A DNA stretch of 64,000 nucleotides from Actinomycetota bacterium (GTDB lineage Bacteria > Actinomycetota > Actinomycetes > S36-B12 > CAIYMF01), in assembly GCA_947455705.1 (NCBI GenBank), contig CANGPO010000002.1, forward strand, positions 63,170 to 127,169, written 5' to 3'. How positions within the stretch are numbered: position 1 is the stretch's first letter; each line of letters opens with the position of its first letter. The position numbers and the translations under genes were made by a program. Below the pieces are notes generated by a model, which worked only from the letters and a program-made list of their open reading frames with translations, did no database searches and was not told the DNA's origin. Shown one piece after another: positions 1 to 9,568 of the stretch.

Positions 1-402
1 CCCGGCAGCTCTCACCGCGGCGGGACTTCCTGCCCGAGCAGCTAATCCGGCGTAACTATCTGTCTGCCCCGCCGGAATACCCCGCAGCTCATCACGAGCT
101 CGCCCGATAAACGGTCCACCGGATTGGCGAACAGGAACAGCGTTCAGTGCGTCTAACGCACCACCCGCATAGGCCCGGCACGCGTCGAGAACTGGTGACA
201 TCACCGGTGATGTGGTGACCACATCATGGCCACGGGCCGTCACATCGTCGGCGAGCAAGGCCAAGATCTGATCCCTGGATGCGAAGCCAGAGGCGATTAC
301 CGCCCCGTCTTCTGGGTCAACCACGATGCATAGTTCTCCGCCAGGGATCACGATCGAAGCGATTTCAAGCCGGGGTTGGGACGTGGTCGATGCGATCGTC
401 AT
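1..402 (-). CDS. ogt: Methylated-DNA-protein-cysteine methyltransferase (runs off window edge)
   Basis: Manual translation from ATG at 402: MTIASTT...GGPFIGRARDELRGIPAGQTDSYAGLAARAGSPAAVRAAG, the Ogt HTH pattern (IPxGxTxSYxxLAxxAGxPxAxRAxG). ATGA overlap with the ada-alkA stop. Not in the ORF track because it is truncated. Confidence 0.9.
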   Translation of the reverse strand, partial: MTIASTTSQPRLEIASIVIPGGELCIVVDPEDGAVIASGFASRDQILALLADDVTARGHDVVTTSPVMSPVLDACRAYAGGALDALNAVPVRQSGGPFIGRARDELRGIPAGQTDSYAGLAARAGSPAAVRAAG

Positions 403-1886
403 CGTTGCTCCTTCGGAAGACTCCAGATGTGATGGGCTGCATAGGCTCGCCAGGGACTCCACACACGCGAGTAGTTTGCCAAGGCGCGCGCATTGTCTGG
501 TAGGCCAAGTCTTTTGGCGTTTTGTTTCAGAATCAGATCAGTTTCGGGGAATGCGTCGGGATCACCCAATCCCCGCATCCGAACATAGTCCACGGTCCAC
601 GGGCCCAGGCCCGGCATCGCAAGCAGCGAGGAACGAACAGCGGCCGTATCGGGGTCTCGCAGATCTATGTTTCGAGAAGCGATGGCCTCTGCGACGCCGG
701 CAATCGTGCGCGCCCTCGCCCCCGGCATCCCGAGTTGGGCGATGCGATCAGCCCCTAACTCAGCAACAGCATCCGCACATGGGAAAGCTGCAAGTCCAGT
801 TTCATCTTGGGGACGTGTTGCTGCCACCAACCGACCCAACACAGTGGTTGCTCCACTCACCGATACCTGCTGCCCCACAATCGCACGGATCAACGTTTCC
901 CAAGGATCGACTGTCGTGGGCACGCGCATACCGGGTCGAGATTCAACAAGCGGACGAAGTACGACATCGCGGCTAAGAACGTCATTGATCGACTCCGGGT
1001 CGGCATTGAGATCAAGCCATTGCTGCACCTTATGTACGAGTTGAGCGCTATCGCGTACATCGCCATCACTGCGCACCACTACGTGTTCGTCGAGCACTGA
1101 AACCTCGACAGCTGCAGGGCGCGAAGGTAGAGCAATGATCCGTCGATGGCTCCACCCCGTCGACGTGCGCGTGTGCACTTCTAATCCGGAAATCGCCCGC
1201 GCAGCAAGGAACTCCCCAACGTGGTCCACGTCATAGGGCGGTCGCACACGAAGTCTAAGTATGAGAATGGGATCGGCTGCATCAAGTGCAGGGGCCGTTG
1301 GTCTGCGCAGAGTAGATGGCGGGCTACCAAACTCGCGTTTCATCACATCGTTGAACTGTCGAATACTTGAAAAGCCAGCAGCAAACGCAACATCGGACAC
1401 AGGTAGATCCGTTTGTTCAAGCAACATTCGCGCCGTCTGTGCGCGGCGGCTTTGGGCAAGTTGGAGCGGCCCGGCACCGACCTCGGCCACAAGGGTGCGA
1501 TGAATATGACGCTCACTGACATGCAGTGTTGCCGCCAGGCCAGCCACCCCGGCGTCATCGACGACCCCATCGGCAATCAGACGTAGCGCCTGAGCGGTCA
1601 GATCGTGCCGATGATCCCAATGCCGCGATCCAGGGGCTGAATCTGGTCGACATCGTTTACAGGCACGAAAGCCAGCGCTAACCGCCGCCGCAGGTACGGC
1701 GAAGAAGCGCACATTGGCGCGCAGTGGGGTTTGCGCAGGACACACGGGTCGGCAATAAATCCCAGTGGACGTGACACCGAACCACAGCCGCCCGTCGAAA
1801 CGTCGATCACGGCTCACAATGGCGTCGTACGCGGCGCCTGCGTCGAGACCGCTTGCAGCGGCCACGTCCGAGTCAACTGGGGTCAT
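399..1886 (-). CDS. alkA: Ada-AlkA fusion: Ada Zn domain + AraC HTH + 3-methyladenine DNA glycosylase II
   Basis: CRPVC/CKRC Ada Zn ligands, AraC HTH (VAFAAGFSSIRQFN), HhH motif PGLGPWT and catalytic Asp (DAFPETD). Start set at ATG 1886 (CAGACT 7 nt upstream); the ORF extends to 1913. Confidence 0.95.
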   Translation of the reverse strand: MTPVDSDVAAASGLDAGAAYDAIVSRDRRFDGRLWFGVTSTGIYCRPVCPAQTPLRANVRFFAVPAAAVSAGFRACKRCRPDSAPGSRHWDHRHDLTAQALRLIADGVVDDAGVAGLAATLHVSERHIHRTLVAEVGAGPLQLAQSRRAQTARMLLEQTDLPVSDVAFAAGFSSIRQFNDVMKREFGSPPSTLRRPTAPALDAADPILILRLRVRPPYDVDHVGEFLAARAISGLEVHTRTSTGWSHRRIIALPSRPAAVEVSVLDEHVVVRSDGDVRDSAQLVHKVQQWLDLNADPESINDVLSRDVVLRPLVESRPGMRVPTTVDPWETLIRAIVGQQVSVSGATTVLGRLVAATRPQDETGLAAFPCADAVAELGADRIAQLGMPGARARTIAGVAEAIASRNIDLRDPDTAAVRSSLLAMPGLGPWTVDYVRMRGLGDPDAFPETDLILKQNAKRLGLPDNARALANYSRVWSPWRAYAAHHIWSLPKEQR

Positions 1887-1957
1887 GACGATGAGTCTGC
1901 CCGATGGCGACATCGGCGCACTAGCGGAAATCGGACGTTCGGCCGTTGGCAGCAGAA

Positions 1958-3304
1958 CTAACGTAGACCCGAACGCGGCCGATCAAGTAGGTAATCAGCA
2001 ACGTCGAAAGCAAGTTCGAGCGATTGCGCACGATTCAATCGCGGATCGCAGGCAGTCTCGTAGCGATCGCCCACTTGGTCCTCGGTCACGCCGAGGGTCC
2101 CGCCGACGCATTCGGTGACATCGTCACCGGTGAGTTCAACGTGAATACCTCCGGGAACCGTCCCAAGGGCCTTGTGAACTTGGAAGAAGCCAAGTACCTC
2201 GTCCGCCACATCGTCGTATGAGCGCGTCTTGTGACCGGTGCTGCCCTCACGAGTGTTGCCATGCATGGGATCGCAGATCCACAGCACGCGATGTCCACTT
2301 GCTTCGACCTTTTCCACGATGGGCGCAAGAGCTTCACGCACAACACCAGCGCCCATGCGAGAGATGAACGTTAGCCGACCATCAATGCGATTCGGGTTCA
2401 GCAGTTCGGCCATCTCAACGGCCGCCTCGGGCGAGGTCGTGGGACCTAACTTCACTCCGATGGGGTTGTGAATACGAGCGGCAAAGTCGACGTGAGCACC
2501 GTCAAGCTGACGAGTCCGCTCCCCCACCCAGATGAAATGTCCGCTGACGTCGTACGGATTACCCGTTCGAGAGTCAATGCGCGTCATGGCTTTTTCGTAA
2601 TCCAGCACCAGGGCTTCATGGCCCGAGTAGAACTCAACCCGCTTGAATTCGTCGGGATCAGCACCACAGGCGGCCATGAACGCAAGCGCTCGATCGATTT
2701 CACCCGCGACCTGCTCGTAACGATTTCCCGCCGGTGTTTCTGCGACGAAATCCTGATTCCACGAGTGAACTTCACGCAGATCCGCATACCCACCCTGCGT
2801 GAACGCGCGCACAAGATTCAGGGTTGAACTGGCCGTTTGGTAACTGCGCAGCAATCGAGTCGGATCAGGAATACGGCCCTGGGCATCGAACTCAAGAGTG
2901 TTAACCCCATCGCCAAAATACGAGGGAAGTTCAACTCCGTCGCGTAACTCAACAGGCTTACTGCGCGGCTTGAAATACTGGCCGGCCATCCGGCCGACCT
3001 TGACGACCGGCAAGCTCGCACCATACGTCAACACGATCGCCATCTGCAGAACTGTCTTTAACTTCGCGCGAATGGCGTCAGCGGTCGCCCCATCGAATGT
3101 TTCTGCACAGTCGCCGCCCATCAGGACGAATGCCTCACCGCGACTTGCGGCCGCTAGGCGGTTCTGCAACTGATCACACTCACCTGCGAACACCAATGGC
3201 GGCAGCGTGCGTAATTGAGTGAGCACACCCTCAAGGGCGGTCTGATCTGGCCATTGCGGCTGCTGGGCCGCGGGGAGGTCGGGCCACGTGAGGATATCCA
3301 CCAT
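1958..3304 (-). CDS. aroG: Class II DAHP synthase
   Basis: GGDCAE, GRMAGQYFKPRS, WVGERTRQ, CDPMHGNT and CDPRLN motifs. Leaderless-type TACCCT 6 nt before ATG 3304. Confidence 0.95.
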   Translation of the reverse strand: MVDILTWPDLPAAQQPQWPDQTALEGVLTQLRTLPPLVFAGECDQLQNRLAAASRGEAFVLMGGDCAETFDGATADAIRAKLKTVLQMAIVLTYGASLPVVKVGRMAGQYFKPRSKPVELRDGVELPSYFGDGVNTLEFDAQGRIPDPTRLLRSYQTASSTLNLVRAFTQGGYADLREVHSWNQDFVAETPAGNRYEQVAGEIDRALAFMAACGADPDEFKRVEFYSGHEALVLDYEKAMTRIDSRTGNPYDVSGHFIWVGERTRQLDGAHVDFAARIHNPIGVKLGPTTSPEAAVEMAELLNPNRIDGRLTFISRMGAGVVREALAPIVEKVEASGHRVLWICDPMHGNTREGSTGHKTRSYDDVADEVLGFFQVHKALGTVPGGIHVELTGDDVTECVGGTLGVTEDQVGDRYETACDPRLNRAQSLELAFDVADYLLDRPRSGLR

Positions 3305-3394
3305 GCTCCAAGGGTAGGGCGCGCGCATTAACCGCACGAATCGGGCTTAGTCCATTGGCGTCGCGGTGACATGCTGGTCACCCGCGCATTGTGG

Positions 3395-4420
3395 TTAACC
3401 GAAGAAGGTGCGCACTTCCTCATAGCGCGACATCGGCACCGTCTTGAGAATTCCCGTGCCCTCGGCCAGCGGCACCCGAACGATGTCCGTACCACGCAAG
3501 GCCACCATCACACCGAATTCACGGTCGTGAATAGCGTCGATAGCTTGCAGGCCAAATCGAGTGGCTAGGACGCGGTCAAATGCGGTGGGGGTTCCACCAC
3601 GCTGAATGTGTCCAAGAACTGATGTGCGGGCTTCCTTACCGGTGCGCGCTTCGATTGCAGAGGCGAGCCAATCGCCGATCCCGGACAACTTCACATGTCC
3701 GAACGCATCCAACGTGGTGTCCTTGGTGATCAGGTCACCGTCCTTGGGCAGCGCACCTTCAGCCACAACAATGATCGGCGCGTAATGCGACTCAAATCGC
3801 GATGTAACCCACGAGATTACTTCGTCCAAATCGAACGGGACCTCGGGGATCAAGATCGCGTTGGCACCACCGGAAATCCCTGCATGTAGGGCGATCCATC
3901 CGGCGTGACGTCCCATGACTTCAACAACGAGTGCACGGTGATGCGATTCGGCCGTTGTGTGGAGGCGATCGATTGCTTCCGACGCGATGTTTACGGCCGT
4001 ATCAAAACCGAAGGTGTAGTCGGTAGCCGATAGATCGTTATCGATCGTCTTGGGCACACCGACAACCGGAACATCAAGGTCATGCAGCTTGGTCGCGACA
4101 CCCAACGTGTCTTCACCACCGATCGCGATGAGCGCATCCACGCCGAGCGAGGCCAGATTCGCCTTGATCTGATCGACCCCACCGTCAACCTTGATCGGGT
4201 TTGTACGGCTCGATCCAAGGATCGTGCCACCCCGAGGCAGAATTCCGCGAACCTCATCGATGCCAAGTGGTGACGTGAGTCCTTCGAGCGGACCCTTCCA
4301 ACCGTCACGGAAGCCGATGAACTCGTAGCCGTATTCACTGACGCCCTTGCGGACAACAGCACGGATGACAGCATTCAGACCTGGGCAATCGCCGCCGCCG
4401 GTCAAGACTCCTACGCGCAT
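3395..4420 (-). CDS. pfkA: 6-phosphofructokinase
   Basis: GVLTGGGDCPGLN, GGEDT, PKTIDND, MGRHAGW and GHIQRGG motifs; GGAG RBS. Confidence 0.96.
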   Translation of the reverse strand: MRVGVLTGGGDCPGLNAVIRAVVRKGVSEYGYEFIGFRDGWKGPLEGLTSPLGIDEVRGILPRGGTILGSSRTNPIKVDGGVDQIKANLASLGVDALIAIGGEDTLGVATKLHDLDVPVVGVPKTIDNDLSATDYTFGFDTAVNIASEAIDRLHTTAESHHRALVVEVMGRHAGWIALHAGISGGANAILIPEVPFDLDEVISWVTSRFESHYAPIIVVAEGALPKDGDLITKDTTLDAFGHVKLSGIGDWLASAIEARTGKEARTSVLGHIQRGGTPTAFDRVLATRFGLQAIDAIHDREFGVMVALRGTDIVRVPLAEGTGILKTVPMSRYEEVRTFFG

Positions 4421-4624
4421 GACACTCCAATGCGAGGGGTAACAGTTGGCATGACCCCGTTGTCATTTACCTCTATCAAACCGTACGGATCTGATAGCGC
4501 TTACATGACCCCCTATTCGGTCACTTCACCCACACGACATGACAGTCCTGCCTGTGGCTCCCGGACGCAGGACCCGCCGCGAAACTGCTGCGTCAGGACT
4601 CCCATGACGCTAACGTCATCAACT

Positions 4625-5482
4625 ATGACGTTCTCCATCGTTGCCCGGTCCGAAGATGGCTCGAAACTGGGTGTGGCGGTGGCATCTAAGTTCCTGGCAG
4701 TGGGTGCGGCTGTCCCCGCCGCCGAGGTTGCGGCCGGAGCGATTGCCACCCAAGCACTCGCGAACTTGGCCTATCGACCAGATGGCCTGGCCCTACTTCG
4801 CGACGGTCTCGATGCGCAGGCCACTGTCGACAATCTCACCGGCAACGATCCGGGACGTGACGATCGCCAACTGGGCATCGTCGACAGTCACGGCGGCTCG
4901 AGCACCTTTACCGGTATCGACTGCGTTCCGTGGGCTGGTGGAACGGCAGGTACGACGCAAGGCGGGTCGGCTTACGCCGTACAGGGCAATATTCTCGCTG
5001 GACCGCAGGTTGTCGACGCCGTGGTGAGCGCATGGTGCGCGGGTGATCCGACCAGAGATTTCCACCACCGCCTCGTCGATGCGCTGCTTGCCGGCGACCT
5101 GGCCGGTGGCGACGCTCGTGGCCGGCAGAGTGCTGCGGTTTTCGTCGTCACACCTGGCGGTGGTTACGGCGGCACCAACGACGTGCTCGTGGACCTACGG
5201 GTTGATGATCATGCTGACCCGATCCCAGAGCTCGTGCGGCTCATCGGGATCCGCGACATGCTGTTCGGTGATGTCGATCTCGACGCATGTGTGCCACTGA
5301 CGGGGCCGATCGCTGACGAGGTACGAGATCGATTGGCCATCCTCGGCCGTTCCGAGGATGACGTCGAACGGGCCCTGATCATTTGGGCCGACATCGAGAA
5401 CCTTGAAGAGCGGATGGTGCCGGGCCAGATCGATCCGATCGTGCTCGGCCATCTGCGCGCCCTCACAGGTGGAACAGCGTGA
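4625..5482 (+). CDS. DUF1028 family Ntn-hydrolase with C-terminal putative peptidoglycan-binding domain
   Basis: Starts MTFSIVARS (Thr2 candidate nucleophile); GVAVASKFLAVG, QGNILAG, GGDARGRQSAA, DLRVDDH. The ORF-track start at 4430 is an upstream extension. Confidence 0.85.
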   Translation: MTFSIVARSEDGSKLGVAVASKFLAVGAAVPAAEVAAGAIATQALANLAYRPDGLALLRDGLDAQATVDNLTGNDPGRDDRQLGIVDSHGGSSTFTGIDCVPWAGGTAGTTQGGSAYAVQGNILAGPQVVDAVVSAWCAGDPTRDFHHRLVDALLAGDLAGGDARGRQSAAVFVVTPGGGYGGTNDVLVDLRVDDHADPIPELVRLIGIRDMLFGDVDLDACVPLTGPIADEVRDRLAILGRSEDDVERALIIWADIENLEERMVPGQIDPIVLGHLRALTGGTA

Positions 5483-6963
5483 CGATCCTGGCGGTTGACG
5501 CTGGCACCACCGGGGTAACCGCTCTGGTCGTCAACCTTGAGGGTCAGATCGTCAGCCGCGGCTACTGCGAGTTTCCACAGTACTTTCCGCATGAGGGCTG
5601 GGTCGAGCACGAGCCAGAAGAGATTTGGGCGGCCACCCTGGTTGCGGTGAACACCGCGCTCGGCACGCTGCCGACGACGGTCGACCGGCCCACAGCCGTC
5701 GGCATTACCAATCAACGCGAGACGATCGTGTTGTGGGATCGGCAAACCCTCGCATCTCCCCGTCGAGCAATTGTGTGGCAAGACCGACGCACCGCAGGCA
5801 TCTGCGATCAACTCCGATCAGACGGATATGAACCCCGCGTTGCTGCGCTCACCGGGTTGCGGCTGGACCCATACTTCAGCGCCACCAAACTCAGCTGGAT
5901 CAATCTCAACGAGCCAGCAGTATGGGCAGATGTCACCTCCGGAAAGCTGGCCGTCGGCACGGTTGACTCGTACCTCGTTGCCAAGATGACGGGCGGGGCC
6001 CAACACATCACCGACGCGTCGAACGCATCACGAACGTTGTTATTCGATATCCATACCGGCACATGGAGCTCAGAACTCTGTGACCTGTTCAGGGTTCCGA
6101 TTGACTGCCTTCCCACCGTCGTCTCGTCGTACGGCATAGTCGGCCAAACCGATCCGAGCGCATTCGCCGGCCTTGAAATCCCTGTCGCGGGGATCGCAGG
6201 CGATCAGCAATCAGCACTCTTCGGCCAGGGCTGCTTCGAGGTCGGCACGAGTAAATGTACGTACGGCACCGGCTCATTTGTCTTGGTTAACACAGGTCAT
6301 ACGCCGGCAGCCTCATCGACGGGATTGCTCACAACGATCGCTTGGCAAGAACCCGATGGCGCGATTGTCTACGCACTTGAAGGTGCAGTTTTCGTGACGG
6401 GCGCGGCTATTCAATGGCTTCGCGACGGGCTGGGCATCATTGATTCAGCCGGCGAAACCGAAGCTCTCGCCCGATCGGTCCCCGATAGCGGTGGTGTGGT
6501 GTTTGTGCCCGCACTGACTGGCCTTGGCGCGCCCGACTGGGATCCGCATGCACGGGGAACGATTCTTGGCCTGACCCGCGGAACCACGCGTGCGCACATC
6601 GTGCGGGCCACCCTCGAAGCGATCGCTTACGAAGTCGGAGACGTCATATCGCTCATGATGCGCGAAGGTGAGGTGGCTGTACCGACGCTGCGGGTCGACG
6701 GCGGCGCGGCCGCAAACAACTTCCTCTGCGAGGTCCAGGCGACAACTCTTGGCGTCCCCGTCCAGCGTGCGCAGGCACTCGAGACAACCGGGCTCGGGGC
6801 CGCATTCCTAGCCGGGCTTGGCACCAGATTCTGGCCTGACAGAGAGTCGATTTCAGATCTGGTTAGCAGCGCACAGACCTTCGAACCCGGGCCCCGGGAT
6901 GAGCGCGTGCACCAGCGGTGGCGTGCGGCGGTTGAACGGTCTAAAGGATGGGCCGTCATCTGA
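5479..6963 (+). CDS. glpK: Glycerol kinase
   Basis: AVDAGTTG, GITNQRET, WQDRR, YFSATK, GDQQSALFG, KCTYGTG and LEG motifs; GTGA overlap with the DUF1028 gene. Confidence 0.95.
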   Translation: MTILAVDAGTTGVTALVVNLEGQIVSRGYCEFPQYFPHEGWVEHEPEEIWAATLVAVNTALGTLPTTVDRPTAVGITNQRETIVLWDRQTLASPRRAIVWQDRRTAGICDQLRSDGYEPRVAALTGLRLDPYFSATKLSWINLNEPAVWADVTSGKLAVGTVDSYLVAKMTGGAQHITDASNASRTLLFDIHTGTWSSELCDLFRVPIDCLPTVVSSYGIVGQTDPSAFAGLEIPVAGIAGDQQSALFGQGCFEVGTSKCTYGTGSFVLVNTGHTPAASSTGLLTTIAWQEPDGAIVYALEGAVFVTGAAIQWLRDGLGIIDSAGETEALARSVPDSGGVVFVPALTGLGAPDWDPHARGTILGLTRGTTRAHIVRATLEAIAYEVGDVISLMMREGEVAVPTLRVDGGAAANNFLCEVQATTLGVPVQRAQALETTGLGAAFLAGLGTRFWPDRESISDLVSSAQTFEPGPRDERVHQRWRAAVERSKGWAVI

Positions 6964-6981
6964 CAGCCTGACGATCGATCC

Positions 6982-7731
6982 TCAGGCGGCAGGTGCGCTG
7001 GCTGCGTGCCCCAGCGTTGACGGCTGCGTCGGCGTTGATGCTGCCTGCGCCAAAAGTGACTTCGCCTTCGTGGCATAGATGTCGACGTATTCCTGACCGG
7101 ATAACTGCATCAGTTCGTACATGATTTCGTCGGTCATCGAACGAAGAATGAACCGATCGCCTTCCATACCCTCGTAACGAGAGAAGTCCAACGGCTCACC
7201 GATGGCGATCTGGACACGCATGATCTTGGGCCACACCCGGCCCGGAGGTTGAATCTTGTCCGTTCCGATCATGGCAACGGGAATGACGGGCACCTTCGCC
7301 TCGAGAGCCATGCGAGCCACTCCCGTCTTACCGCGATACAACCGGCCATCCGGCGATCGGGTCCCCTCAGGATAAATCCCCAGCAACTCGCCCTGATTCA
7401 AAATGCGAACACCGGTATTAATCGCCGCCTCTGACGCCCGTCCACCTGATCGATCAACGGGTACCTGTCCGGCGGCCGACATAAACAACTTGGTTGCCCA
7501 ACCCTTGAGACCGGGAGTGTTGAAGTAATCGCTTTTCGCCAAGAACGTGATGTGTGGCTTCACGACCAGTGGTAAGAAGATGGAGTCAGAGAATGACAAA
7601 TGATTGCTGGCGAGAATCGCCGAGCCATCGGTGGGGAGGTGCTCGATACCCGTCACCTGAGGACGGAAGATCAACCGCAGCCAGGGTCCGATGAGGACGT
7701 GCTTGCAGAGCCAATAAAACACGAACCTCAC
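6982..7731 (-). CDS. plsC: 1-acyl-sn-glycerol-3-phosphate acyltransferase
   Basis: NHLSFSD (HX4D), FLAK, PVDR and YPEGTRS motifs. Confidence 0.92.
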   Translation of the reverse strand: MRFVFYWLCKHVLIGPWLRLIFRPQVTGIEHLPTDGSAILASNHLSFSDSIFLPLVVKPHITFLAKSDYFNTPGLKGWATKLFMSAAGQVPVDRSGGRASEAAINTGVRILNQGELLGIYPEGTRSPDGRLYRGKTGVARMALEAKVPVIPVAMIGTDKIQPPGRVWPKIMRVQIAIGEPLDFSRYEGMEGDRFILRSMTDEIMYELMQLSGQEYVDIYATKAKSLLAQAASTPTQPSTLGHAASAPAA

Positions 7732-7979
7732 CTACCCTTCATACGATCGTTCATAGTCCACAGTGCCCGCGTTGGGCCGCCGCCGTCGCGATGCGAACCC
7801 ACCGCAGTAGGAACTGATGCTGACAGTATCCCCCACAAGGCCACCAAGGTTAGAGGTAACGTCAGATCTGCAAGATCCGGTTAGTCGAAACGCCTCACCC
7901 AAACGGCCCACCGGAACGCTATTCATGAACCGTCACCACCCCGAGCGCAGCAGGTTGCGCCTGAGCAATTGGAGTCGCT

Positions 7980-8741
7980 ATGCCCCTCATGCCCGGTGCG
8001 GAACCATATTCACATGCCGGCGGTCCTGTTGGCGTTCTGGTGATTCATGGATTCACCGGATCTCCGGTGTCCATGCGCCCGTGGGCCGAGTATTTGGCCG
8101 CGGAAGGCTTCACCGTCGAGTTGCCACGGTTACCTGGACACGGAACCCGCTGGGAAGACATGGCCGTCACCCGCTGGGAAGACTGGTACAGCGAGGTTGA
8201 CCGAACACTGACCGATCTGAAGAGCCGCTGTGAACAGGTGTTCGTCGCAGGATTGTCGATGGGCGGATCACTCACCCTTCGCCTTGCCGAGCAGCGACCC
8301 GGTGATGTTGCTGGGCTGATCCTGGTGAATCCAGCCGTACACACCGAGCGCTGGGACAGACACCTTCTGCCTGTCGTGCGTCACATCGTGAAGGCCTTTC
8401 CAGGCATCATCAACGACACGAAGAAGCCCGGCGTCGATGAGGGCGGGTACACCAAACTCCCCCTGAACGCCGTTTACTCACTGCAGCAAGCATGGGCCAC
8501 CATCAAGACAGATATCGCGCGCGTCAGCTCACCCATGCTGCTGATGCACAGCCGTGAGGATCACGTTGTTGAGCCAAGCAACTCCGAATGGATCATGAAG
8601 AATGTGTCCAGCACAGATCGCACTGAGGTGTGGCTCGAAAACAGCTATCACGTTGCAACCCTCGACAACGACGCCCCGCTGATTTTCAGCACAAGTGTGG
8701 ACTTCATCAACCGAGTCGCGCATCCGACCGCTTCTGGGTGA
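7980..8741 (+). CDS. Carboxylesterase / monoacylglycerol lipase (alpha/beta hydrolase)
   Basis: HGFTG, GLSMGG nucleophile elbow, EDHVV and SYHVATLD triad residues. Confidence 0.9.
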   Translation: MPLMPGAEPYSHAGGPVGVLVIHGFTGSPVSMRPWAEYLAAEGFTVELPRLPGHGTRWEDMAVTRWEDWYSEVDRTLTDLKSRCEQVFVAGLSMGGSLTLRLAEQRPGDVAGLILVNPAVHTERWDRHLLPVVRHIVKAFPGIINDTKKPGVDEGGYTKLPLNAVYSLQQAWATIKTDIARVSSPMLLMHSREDHVVEPSNSEWIMKNVSSTDRTEVWLENSYHVATLDNDAPLIFSTSVDFINRVAHPTASG

Positions 8742-8751
8742 CACTTAGAAC

Positions 8752-9519
8752 ATGAGTGCACCCACTGGCCGCAGCAATGGCCTGCCTGAGGTGTCACGTT
8801 ACGCAGCACTTGTCGACGTCGATCCGCCAGTTGCAGATCACGTGTTGGATCTCCTTCACGATGCTGGCATCACGGCCGTAGCGGCACCGCTGGCCGGGGA
8901 TCCGGGCTTAGCGCGGGACACGATTCCACCGGATCGTCCGACTGAGCGGATCCACGTCGACCATTCCCAGTTAGAACTCGCACATCGAGTTGTTTCTCGG
9001 GCGCTGCCATCGCTTCGGTCTGACTTCCACGCCGATGCTGCGATGCGTGCTGATGCGCAGGACATGAAATCACTCGATCGTCAACGCAATCTGGCCGATG
9101 CCGATGTCGACGCACTCTTTGAAGGAATCGTGTCGGGATTCGCCAACACACCTGAAGATCCCATTCCACGCTGGTCGGTTCGAGAAGACTCCGAAGACAG
9201 CAGCAGCGATTCCGACGCACGCGACCGACTTCTACGGCAGTCCTCGGGGCCACGCGATTATGAACTTGTCGAAGATGACGGCCATTTCGTACCACCGGCA
9301 CCGCCGCCGCTTCCACACACCGATCCGGTCACGAGATTAGCCTGGGCGGCCTTGCTCGGTGGGCCAGGGTTGATCTTGATCGCCACCCTTTTTGGGATCA
9401 CCCTCGAATCGTGGATCGTTCTCTTGGCCATCGCCGGCTTCCTCGGCGGATTCGTCACCCTCGTGGCCAGAATGCGTGATCGGAAACCTGAGGGATGGGA
9501 CGACGGAGCTGTCGTTTAG
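8752..9519 (+). CDS. Conserved actinobacterial membrane protein (two C-terminal TM helices)
   Basis: Acidic low-complexity middle, HFVPPAPPPLP motif, two hydrophobic helices, ends DDGAVV. Confidence 0.75.
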   Translation: MSAPTGRSNGLPEVSRYAALVDVDPPVADHVLDLLHDAGITAVAAPLAGDPGLARDTIPPDRPTERIHVDHSQLELAHRVVSRALPSLRSDFHADAAMRADAQDMKSLDRQRNLADADVDALFEGIVSGFANTPEDPIPRWSVREDSEDSSSDSDARDRLLRQSSGPRDYELVEDDGHFVPPAPPPLPHTDPVTRLAWAALLGGPGLILIATLFGITLESWIVLLAIAGFLGGFVTLVARMRDRKPEGWDDGAVV

Positions 9520-9568
9520 CGGCACGGTCCATGTGACGACGGACTGGTGCACACGCACGGCTCGCTAG

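Noticed and set aside
4430-4624. N-terminal extensions in the ORF track (4430, 32393, 34510, 35600, 39176, 62991)
   Set aside because: Family motifs begin at downstream starts supported by RBS or leaderless -10 elements, and DUF1028 needs an N-terminal Thr.
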